Shown here: in pieces, positions 32,525 through 42,080 of the stretch
How the letters are laid out: every line of letters starts with the position of its first letter
Position numbering within the stretch: position 1 is the first letter of the stretch
NCBI GenBank assembly: GCA_000004985.1
Contig: GG738863.1
Direction: 5' to 3' (one strand)
Origin: Naegleria gruberi
Taxonomy: Eukaryota
Length of the DNA stretch: 64,000 nucleotides
Notes under the pieces: generated by a model
Seen by the model: the letters and a program-made list of their open reading frames with translations, nothing else
Database searches by the model: none
What the model was told of the DNA's origin: nothing
Program-made: the position numbers and the translations under genes

Positions 32525-34482
32525 ATGAGTTCATTCCACTGGAAATTGTTGAAGGAAAAGTTTCTCTCACCAACAGAAACCATTAAAAAGACTGTATTTA
32601 CTATTATTATGGTAAATGATGTGTATGAAATGCTTCCGTAGGTTTATTGATAATGAAATATTTGTATTGATTGTATTTTCTTCATCAACCATTCTTGTCA
32701 TGTTTAAATTCATTTGTGGATTTCAAAATGTTTAATGTTTAATTAATTAATACGATATATTATATTTAAATCAAAATATTTAAAATTGATGATGATCAAA
32801 ATATTGTCCGATTTTAGAGATAACGATGGGTTGGGAGGATTGGCTGAATTACAAACCATCATCGAACAGGAAAAGTTCAAGAGTAGACATTGTATTGCCA
32901 CATTGAATGGTGATTTTATGAGTGCTTCAACATTGGCCACTAAGTATAAGGGATATCACATGATTGATATTTTGAATCATATTGATTTGTAAGTAGAGAG
33001 TGATGATTGCTTTCGGAATAATGTAATGTGGAAATTTTTGTTGATAATTTGTGAAATAGAGATTATGTCACTTTGGGAAATCACGAATTTGATTTTGGAA
33101 CTCCAAATGTTTTGGAAAAGGTCAAGGAATCTAGATTCAAGTGGATTTGTTCAAATGTAGTTTGTCCTGATGATCATAGTAAGGTTTTACCTGGTTTGAT
33201 TCCAAAGGTTATACATGAATGTGATGGTTTTAGAATTGGTGTTTTCGGTGTTTGTACAAAGAATACTGAATACTTGTCAAGACCAGGTAAGTTATTGACC
33301 TAACCTATATTGATTCATATTATTCTTAGGTACTGAGGCTGTATTTTTGCCAAGTGTTACTGTTGCAAATAAGATGGTTAAGGAATTGAGAGAGGAAGAT
33401 AAGTGTGATGTTGTCATTGCTTTGACCCATCTTACTATTGGAGATGATAGAGAATTGGCAAGAAATTGTCCAGGAATTGATTGTAAGTTATTAATATGAT
33501 TATTGATTCATATATATTTCAGGTATTTTAGGAGGTCACGACCACACACCACATTCACAAGTACAAGGTAGTTGTTTCATTCATAAGGCAGGTCACGATG
33601 CTCAATATGTAACCAGAATTGATTTGTCCATTGAAAAGAAACAAACTCCACTCAATGGAGAAAATCTTGTCCAACTCAAAGTTTTCCCAGGCTGTAACAT
33701 GATTGTAAACAGAGGTTATAAACCAAATCAAAAGGTTTCTGAAATAATTGAAAAGTACATGAAACAATTACCAGAGGGAATTATGGAAGAAATCGGATTG
33801 ACTGTTACTAAATTGGATTCTTCAACAGAAAGTGTCAGATCAAAGGAAACTACTTATGCAAACTTTATTGCTGATATTTTCTTGGATTCATTTGGAGCTG
33901 ATTTGGCCATTATCAAGTGAGTTTTTATTCTAAATTTATTTTACTTACCATTAATACTATCACTTAATATCTCTTTACAATAGCGGTGGAGGTATTAGAG
34001 GAGATAGATTCTATGATATTTCAAAGAGAATTACTCGCTTGGATGTATTGAAGGAATTCCCATTCCCTAATAACATTTCATTGGCAGAAATTAAGGGAAG
34101 TGACTTGATGGAAGTTACAGAACAAGGTGTAGCCAAGGCTGAGTGTGTCATTGGATCTTTCCCACACTTTTCAAGAGGAGTTTGTGTACAATATGACACT
34201 ACCAAGCCACCAATGAAGAGAGTTGCCAAAATGACTCTCAATGGTGTCGATATTGATCCTAACAAGGTGTACAATATTGCAACAGTAACCTATATTCTCA
34301 ATGGAGGTGATGGATTCAGTGCATTCACAAAGGCAACACCAAAGGAACATCCTTTGAATGGAAAATCAGTTTATGATCTCGTTATTGATTGGATTGAAAC
34401 TCATAGAAAGGTTGGAGCCAAGAAGGAAGGCAGAATTTATGATGTTTCAAAGAAGAATTCTACAGCTGTTTTCAATTTTTAA
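32525..34482 (+). CDS. 5'-nucleotidase / metallophosphoesterase family protein; six exons (32525..32637, 32818..32988, 33060..33286, 33330..33482, 33533..33916, 33984..34482)
   Basis: Motifs in order: NDVY (motif I, His replaced by Tyr), GNHEFD, GGHDH, NGGGIRGD, and the 5'-NT C-terminal domain. Every junction has a GT donor (GTAGGT, GTAAGT, GTAAGT, GTAAGT, GTGAGT) and an AG acceptor, and keeps the reading phase. Introns are 180, 71, 43, 50 and 67 bp. Confidence 0.75.
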
Positions 34483-34967
34483 TTTATTGTGAATTAAATC
34501 TCTCTACAGTTCAATCTTAATAATTCATTCTATCGGACTATTTGTGAAATAGCACAAAGTTAAATTCACGAGTTGACTGAAGACAACATGATGTTTATTT
34601 ATTATCTCAATTAACATCTCTTGATATTAGAGAAAATGCAATTGGTTGTAAGGAGCTAAACATTTAACTGAACACTCTAATCAAAATGATTAAAAACAAC
34701 CACAAACATTTATTACCTTTCCATTTCTTATTCGAATCAATTCAATATTAATAATTAAAACAAAACATCATTATCAATTATAAATATTTTATCTCGAGAA
34801 AACCAAAAAGTTAAAAACTAAATATTACCAAAAATAGACGCACTCCAAAACCAATACAAAAAAAGATCCAACTCCTCCTCTCAACTGTTTGTTCATACGT
34901 TTCTTGTAAACGACAATCTATCATCATCAACAGCCAGCATTAATCTTCTTTACAAATTAATTTCGGA

Positions 34968-36353
34968 ATGCATGCAGTTAATGATCAACAACAATCAATT
35001 AATTTAAATTCGTCATCTTGTGCTTCTTCTAATGAGAAAGAACAGCAACAACCATTAATTCATCTCTTGGAACCATTGAATATTGTCTTGGTCGGAGATG
35101 AAGGTGTTGGAAAGTCCTCATGTTTAATAACCTATTCTGAATTATTAAATAAGAAGAATGATATTACAAAGCAGCAACAGCAACAACAATTGGAATATAA
35201 ATATGATAGAGGATGTATTCCATCAGTAGTTGAGACATTGAGAAGAGAAGTGACCATTCCCAAGACATCACTTGGACATTGTAAATTTGTGAATAGTTCT
35301 GCACTGGATCAATCATTTGATTCAACTCAAAGTTTACAAAATTGTGAAGGTTTTACAATGAATGTAAATCTTATTGATACACCTGGTGAAGAGGATCAAT
35401 CAATGGATAGAGTTCAACATTATTATCCTCATGCCAATGTATTTGTATTAATATTTTCGATTAATGACATTACATCATTTGAGAAATTGGCTGATTATTG
35501 GTGTAAGGAAATTAAGAATGTATCTCCACATCCATGTATGATGATTGTGGGTAATAAGAGTGATGTTGGTTCAGAGGAAAGACACGTGACTCGTCTCGAT
35601 GGTTTGGAAATGCAAAATAAGATTGGAGCTAAAATGTATATGGAAATTTCATCCACGAGTGGAAATAATATTGTAAACATGTTTGATGCTTGTGTGAAAA
35701 TGGGCACTAAAGAACTTGATGGTCGATGCGCTCACTTACTTTACAAACAAAACGATCATTCAATTCATTTGGAACGTCGACATCATCTTCATCCTGAAAC
35801 TCTAACTTTGAATATTCCTCCAAGAGAAACTTTGGCAGCCATTAAGGAAACTCCCTCAATTCCACCATCAACTACGAGTAGCATCAATAGTAGTAGTAGC
35901 AGCAGTTCAGCTTCTCAAAAGGTTGAGACGATTAAGGAACTGAGCTCAACAACCCAATCACTCTGTGCAAAAATTACAAAACAACTTTCATTTGGGACAC
36001 CTCCTATAGTAGAGAAGGAATTTAGATTTGGAGTTGAGCTTTTACCAAAGATATTCCTAGATAATGATCCAGAAGCAGAAGTGTTGAAAAAACTAAATTT
36101 CAAAATTAAGAAAATTGTAAAGGTAAAAATTGATCTCAACATGAATCCGCTCTGTCAAATCAAGAGACAAATAATTGGTGCATTTGGAAAGGAAAATCCA
36201 AAGGTTTGGGGAAGAAAAACTGAAGAGCAATGGTTGAAAACTCTCAAAGTTCAAATATTGGATAACATTTTTAATGATTATTATGATTTGGACGATTGGG
36301 AACAGGTTATTTCTCAAAAGGAGGACAATATCAAATTACTTGTATTTTACTAA
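34968..36353 (+). CDS. Atypical Ras/Rho-superfamily small GTPase domain with a long insertion and a ~250-aa C-terminal extension
   Basis: G1 is VLVGDEGVGKSS, G3 is LIDTPGEED, G4 is MIVGNKSD and G5 is ISSTSG. There is a ~90-aa insert between G1 and G3, and a Ser-rich tail follows. Confidence 0.5.
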   Translation: MHAVNDQQQSINLNSSSCASSNEKEQQQPLIHLLEPLNIVLVGDEGVGKSSCLITYSELLNKKNDITKQQQQQQLEYKYDRGCIPSVVETLRREVTIPKTSLGHCKFVNSSALDQSFDSTQSLQNCEGFTMNVNLIDTPGEEDQSMDRVQHYYPHANVFVLIFSINDITSFEKLADYWCKEIKNVSPHPCMMIVGNKSDVGSEERHVTRLDGLEMQNKIGAKMYMEISSTSGNNIVNMFDACVKMGTKELDGRCAHLLYKQNDHSIHLERRHHLHPETLTLNIPPRETLAAIKETPSIPPSTTSSINSSSSSSSASQKVETIKELSSTTQSLCAKITKQLSFGTPPIVEKEFRFGVELLPKIFLDNDPEAEVLKKLNFKIKKIVKVKIDLNMNPLCQIKRQIIGAFGKENPKVWGRKTEEQWLKTLKVQILDNIFNDYYDLDDWEQVISQKEDNIKLLVFY

Positions 36354-36663
36354 TCTACAGATTGTATGAAAACTAAATAAATAATGATATTTGTTACAAC
36401 TACAGTTTCGAATAAGGTTTTGACACTTAAACGAAACTACCCAAATACAAACTGCATCAAAAAATCTATTTTTATCTATGCTGACATCCATCGTTGAGAT
36501 TCTTGCTGAACCATAGTCCATACCTTTTTCTTAAAGTTCCTACTAAAAAAAATCCGCCAAATCAAACTCTAACTTTCTCAGGAAAATATAAACGAGAAAA
36601 AAACAAACCCTTTCAATTTTGCTCTCCAAATAACAACAATAACAACAACAAACTTTATACAAT

Positions 36664-37122
36664 ATGAGTTTTCTCTTCAGTAAAAAGACCCGAGTTCCTT
36701 CCATTGATATCGACCATGAAATGGATCAGGAGAATCACAAGAATTCCAAACAACAAAAACTTCAATCAACTACAACAACAACATTGAGTCGTGTTCGTTC
36801 CAAGTCTTCCGTTGATAAATTAGATAGTAGTAATAATAATAACAATAACAGCAACAATGAATCATCACAACAAGGAACATCTTCATCATGGAATGTTCTC
36901 GGAAGGGCTAGAGCCAATTCATCTAAACAAAATGCTGATCGTTTTCAAAAGGCTGAGGAAGATTTGGAAAGAGAACACTCTGGAGCAATGACTCACTTGA
37001 AGGAGAAGGGAAAGATTGGAGATTATGAAGATGAACATGAGGAGGAACAACAAGAAAAGGTTTCAAAGAGAAGGTTTAGTTTGAAGAAGAAGAAGAATGC
37101 TGAATTATTGACTGAACAATAA
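36664..37122 (+). CDS. Hypothetical low-complexity (poly-Asn/Ser, acidic) protein
   Basis: 152-aa ORF with biased composition and no recognisable domain. Weak support. Confidence 0.25.
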   Translation: MSFLFSKKTRVPSIDIDHEMDQENHKNSKQQKLQSTTTTTLSRVRSKSSVDKLDSSNNNNNNSNNESSQQGTSSSWNVLGRARANSSKQNADRFQKAEEDLEREHSGAMTHLKEKGKIGDYEDEHEEEQQEKVSKRRFSLKKKKNAELLTEQ

Positions 37123-37488
37123 GAAGGTTTTACTCGGTTTTAGTGTGTTGTGCAGAGGAAGAAACAATTCCTCTGTTGTATTTTAAAAATTGTATTAGAA
37201 ATTAGTGATATTATTATTACCCAATGTACATAAAAATTATTCCTTTTGAAATTTGTGCTTTCCTTGTGTTGTCTAGATATCAAAAGTGCCGAGCAGGTAT
37301 ATTTCTTATTAATTCCAATTTAAAGTTCAATCTATTCGAAACTAGTAAAATTTACAATTGTTAAGTAATAATAATTTAAAGAGTTAATAATTTATTTGGG
37401 AGATTATATTCAAAACCTAATTTGAATATTTCTTCTTCTGGTTGTTATTCGTTGTTTTTGTGTTAGAAAAATTTGATTGAAAACTAAT

Positions 37489-38978
37489 TTACAATTCTTC
37501 ACCTTCATCCAACATGGAATCTTCTTCAGCAACTCCTGAATCCTTTTCCAATTCTTCATAGTCCTTTTCCAAGGCAGCCAAATCTTCACGAGCTTCAGCA
37601 AATTCACCTTCTTCCATACCTTCACCAACAAAGTGATGAACATAGGCACGTTTAGCATATAACAAATCAAACTTGTCATTCATCTTGGAGAAGACTGAAG
37701 CAATGGCAGTAGAATTGGAAATCATTGAGCATGAATTGTCAACTTGAGCCATTTCAGAACCTGGCAACATGGTTGGAGCTTGATTATTGATACCAATCTT
37801 GAAAGCACATGGAGACCAATCAACAAATTGAATACTGGACTTGCTCTTCATAATCTTGACAGCATCACTGACATCCTTATTGACAACATCCTTACCACGA
37901 TACATTAAACAACATGAAATGTACTTGCCACTTCTTGGATCACATTTGGCCATCATGTTATTTGGTTCAAAGACCTTACTAGTCAATTCAGCAGCATTAT
38001 TAGTAGCATAGTATTGTTCAGCAACTGAAACCATTGGAGCCAATGAAGATAACATAAAGTGAATTCTTGGATATGGAACTAAATTAGTTTGGAATTCGTT
38101 CAAATCAACATTCAATGAACCTGGGAATCTCAATGAACAAGTCAATGATGAAACAGTTTGAGCAATGACACGATTCAAATTTCTGTAATCTGGTCTAGCA
38201 ATCTTCAAGTTTTGTTTACAGACATCATAGATAGCTTCATTGTCCAAAACAACTGAAATATCATTATGTTCCAATAAGGAATGAGTAGATAAGACTGAAT
38301 TGTATGGTTCAACAACTGAAGTAGTCAATTGAGGAGATGGATAAATATTGAAACCCAATTTGGTCTTTTTAGGGAATTCAACAGCTAATCTTTCCAAAAG
38401 CAAAGAAGCAAATCCAGAACCAGTACCACCACCAACAGAATTGAAAATTTGGAAACCTTGCAATGATTGACAATTATCAGTAATTCTTCTAATAGTATTC
38501 ATGGCACTATCCAAAATATCCTTTCCAATAGTGTAATGACCACGAGCAAAGTTATTGGAAGCATCTTCACTACCACGAATCATATAATTTGGATGATACA
38601 ATTGTTTGTATTCAGTATTCTTAATGGCATCAATGACAGATGGTTCCAAATCCAAGAACATGGCACGTGGAACATATTTACCAGAAGAAGCTTCGGAGAA
38701 ATAAACAGAAGCATCGTTACCTTGAACAGAATCAGTGGTACCATCAGGTTTGATTCCATGTTCAGCACAGAATAATTCCCAACAGCTGTTACCAACTTTG
38801 TTGAAGAAGATTTTCAAAAATTTAGATTAGAAAAATTTGATGATAAAAAGTGGAGATTGGAAAATGAATCATGTGAATAGATTAAAAATGTTAATATATT
38901 AGAGAATTGTGAAATTAGGTGTTGATAGTTACCTTGAATACCGGCTTGACCAATGTGGAGGGAGACGACTTCTCTCAT
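37489..38978 (-). CDS. Alpha-tubulin; two exons, minus 38978..38933 and 38795..37489, with a 137-bp intron in codon 16
   Basis: Exon 1 revcomp reads ATG AGA GAA GTC GTC TCC CTC CAC ATT GGT CAA GCC GGT ATT CAA G|GTAACT ([15 protein letters not shown]). Exon 2 ([15 protein letters not shown]...GGGTGSG...) continues in phase after ...CAACAAAG. The gene is alpha-tubulin-like throughout but moderately divergent at the N- and C-termini. Confidence 0.9.
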
Positions 38979-39492
38979 TTTGTGTGTGAATTTGTGTGTT
39001 TTTTTGTTAGGAGTTTAGACTAGTATCAACTATCTTGTAATGAGATGATTGACTTTTTTTTTTGTTGTTGAATTTTGAAAGGTGGCAGGTTGTGTGGGTT
39101 TTTATTAGACTTTTGGCAAGTGACTTTTAAATTTTTTTAACGTTCACAAGATTTTGGCGCTGGCGCAAAAAAAAACACGAATTTTTTGGTTGGGTCAAGG
39201 CGGCAAACATTACAAAAATTCTTGCGAAAGTTTCAGTGGAAAATTTGGTGCAAGTTACTACTTTAGCAATTTAACATTCAGCTGTTTAAACTATTATTCC
39301 TTCTTGCTAATTTTAACAAATATTGCAGTTTAGTTTGGTTGGTACCAAGTAGTTCAAGTCACATTGATTGTCATCACCAGCTCCTTCCTTTTTGTTTTCA
39401 GATAAGTAACAATGTAAAAAGGGAATTTAAAACCAAGTGGTTAAAAGGTAAATTGCAGTAAACAAAACTCAAAAAAACAATCAAGAATCAAA

Positions 39493-40451
39493 ATGGGTCT
39501 CTCAGCATCTACCTCTCTTGTCTCTTCACATAATAAGTTTTNNNNNNNNNNNNNNNNNNNNNNNNNNNNNNNNNNNNNNNNNNNNNNNNNNNNNNNNNNN
39601 NNNNNNNNNNNNNNNNNNNNNNNNNNNNNNNNNNNNNNNNNNNNNNNNNNNNNNNNNNNNNNNNNNNNNNNNNNNNNNNNNNNNNNNNNNNNNNNNNNNN
39701 NNNNNNNNNNNNNNNNNNNNNNNNNNNNNNNNNNNNNNNNNNNNNNNNNNNNNNNNNNNNNNNNNNNNNNNNNNNNNNNNNNNNNNNNNNNNNNNNNNNN
39801 NNNNNNNNNNNNNNNNNNNNNNNNNNNNNNNNNNNNNNNNNNNNCGATCAACAAGACACCTATGACAGCAATTTCTTTGGTGTTGATGGTGAAACCAATT
39901 GTAGATTGATGAATAAGAATAATTCAAAGGAACAATATGGTGCTGAAGGTGAATATCATTGGGTAACCATGCCATTCTCTGATGTCAAGTACAAGATGAC
40001 CATCGTCGCTGTCAAGAATCAAGCTCATCAACAAACACTTGATGGATGGGTTGCTCAAAAATTGAATCAAGGAATAGACACTGCCTTCCCAACAGTAGAA
40101 ACTAAACTCGGCTCATTTGCCTTCCCTAAATTCGAACTCTCTCAAGGAATGGAATTGAGCGACATTTTACAAAATGCTCCATTCAACATTAAGAAACCAT
40201 TTACAAATGAGGCCGATTTCTCTCACCTCCTCCAAAAGGAAAGTATCTTTATTGATAAAGTCATTCATAAGGCATCTATTAAGGTTGATGAAGCAGGTGC
40301 TGAGGCTAGTGCAGCAACTGCTATTGTGATGAGATGTTTGAGTTATGATCCAAATGAAATTAGATTTGTGGTCAATTCACCATTTGCATTTGTGTTGACT
40401 GATGATTCTAGTAAGACTGTTCTTTTTGTTGGTAAAGTCAACAAGTTGTAA
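39493..40451 (+). CDS. Serpin (serine protease inhibitor), interrupted by assembly gap 39542..39844
   Basis: The post-gap ORF has the serpin C-terminal half. Hinge/reactive-centre loop: IKVDEAGAEASAATAIVMRCLS. Signature FVVNSPFAFVLTD...TVLFVGKVNKL. The ATG at 39493 (MGLSASTSLV) is probably the start, before the gap. Confidence 0.7.
39542..39844. other. Assembly gap (303 N)
   Basis: Run of N inside the serpin gene. Confidence 1.
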
Positions 40452-40608
40452 ATACAAGAAACCATTTTTCCTCATTATTTTTACTCTATTGTTTGATGAG
40501 AGTATTTAATAAATTAATTTTGATCAGTTTATTGTCAATTGAATTGTTGGCTATTGGTTGATTGGTTCTTTACTGTTCTTAAACCATTACAATGGTCAAC
40601 TGAGTTGA

Positions 40609-40679
40609 TGCTTACTAGCTCAGCAGGGAGCGACTAACTTCAGATTAGTAGGTCGGCGGATCAAGTCCACCGTAGGTAT
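40609..40679 (+). tRNA. tRNA-like gene with anticodon UCA (candidate UGA-reading/suppressor or Sec-like tRNA, or a tRNA-derived pseudogene)
   Basis: Hand-folded cloverleaf: acceptor TGCTTAC/GTAGGTA (two G-U pairs), U8-A9, D-stem GCTC/GAGC with a short 6-nt loop, anticodon stem ACTAA/TTAGT, loop CTTCAGA (U33, anticodon TCA, G37), 5-nt variable loop, T-arm GGCGG-ATCAAGT-CCACC (one C-A mismatch; A54). A T-run follows 8 nt downstream. Confidence 0.35.
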
Positions 40680-40686
40680 CGTCAAA

Positions 40687-40690
40687 TTTT
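40687..40690 (+). terminator. Oligo-T run consistent with an RNA polymerase III terminator for the tRNA-like gene
   Basis: TTTT begins 8 nt after the predicted tRNA 3' end. Confidence 0.3.
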
Positions 40691-40749
40691 GATTGCTCGA
40701 AATCAAATAGAAAATCACACACAACAAGAGAGATCAGCAGATTAAAAAA

Positions 40750-42044
40750 ATGTCATTACAAGAGAGGGAAGATCAGCATGCTATTGCTTCATTAGAGAAT
40801 AATTTACTGGATAAACTTCCTGATGAATTGTTACTTTATATTCTGGGCTACTCGACAAGTGATCCGATCACAATTGTGCAACTCTCGCATGTAAATAAGA
40901 GAATGGAGAGGATTTTGAATTACTCTCCGATTGTTGTTTCTCAAATGATCGAATATCATCATTCTGCTAATCATCAATGGATTAGAGAAGGATACACGAT
41001 TGGAAAATTCTGGGAAAATCCTATTCGGAATGGAATTTCGGTTTTAAAACAATTTTTCAAATTGCTATACTAGCTACTAGTGGACGAAAGAGGAAGAATG
41101 AAAAATCCAATGGGCATGATGATGATGAATTAATTGTGGACAAGTATCAAAATGTGAGGAAATATGTGGATTCTAAACAAAAGATTGTTGATTGTTTAAA
41201 ATATTCAAGATGGAATCCAATTAAGAAACTTAGAAAGATTGAGGACTTGACAACTGTCTTTGAACGAAGGCATATGAATAAGGTGTTATTTATGATTGGT
41301 ACTATGTTTTCAATGACAGCACAATTCATTGTGGGAAAGATTGGGAGCACACCAAATGACCAATGGTCTTTGGAGAAGGGTTTATGGTGGCTTCCATATG
41401 CATTCTGGCCTTTTGAAGGAGCTGTAGTGGGAATTATATTAGCATCAATGACAATTTCCATCTTTTATTCATGTAAATGTATCAGTTCATTAATTGTTAA
41501 ACCTGACAAGAAACTACGGTCGCAGGATATCAGTGTTGTTTACATGGCACCTATTTCATCAATATTTTACACCACTACTTGGAGACCTATGTTGATTTTA
41601 ATGAGATCTCTCCTTTATGAAACTGTTGGGGTTGAACTCTCCCTGCTGGAATCCATAGTAAGCAAATTATTTTATTATTCTCATTATCCTGGCCTTGCAT
41701 TCTTGGGGATTTCCTGCTTTTCTTCCTCTGTTAACTCAATTACAGACAAATTAGCTGATCCTACTTTGGGGTCTTTTATTTCCCTTTCTCTGTTCAAGTA
41801 TAGTGGAAATTTATTGAGCTTTATCCCACTTTCTCTCAGTTTATGCTTTGCGTCAATTAAGGAGATTATATCAGATATCAAATCACCAGACAAGGTGGAC
41901 CAATTTATACCTATGGCTCTATCTATTAGTACAGCTTTGGTTAGTGTTGGTCACTTCTCATATCTCACTCTTGCTCCTATTTCTTTAATGTTTGTTGGTT
42001 TAATGATTGATTCGTTCAGACCAAACAGATATCGTAACCTTTAG
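40750..42044 (+). CDS. F-box-like N-terminal domain plus polytopic membrane domain (two ORFs, 40750..41073 and 41136..42044, in different frames; probably one gene)
   Basis: ORF 1 has LLDKLPDELLLYILGY (F-box-like). ORF 2 has at least six hydrophobic helices. The second frame stays open upstream through the first ORF's stop, so a 1-nt indel or a non-canonical junction near 41040-41075 is likely. Confidence 0.4.
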
Positions 42045-42080
42045 ATTTTTGAAAACCACAAAATGCTACCAAGAATGGAT

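Noticed and set aside
39441-39975. ORFs in the six-frame track that run through runs of X (39441..39975, 45956..46809, 54844..56979 and others)
   Set aside because: These are artefacts of translating N gaps. Only the flanking real sequence was used for calls.
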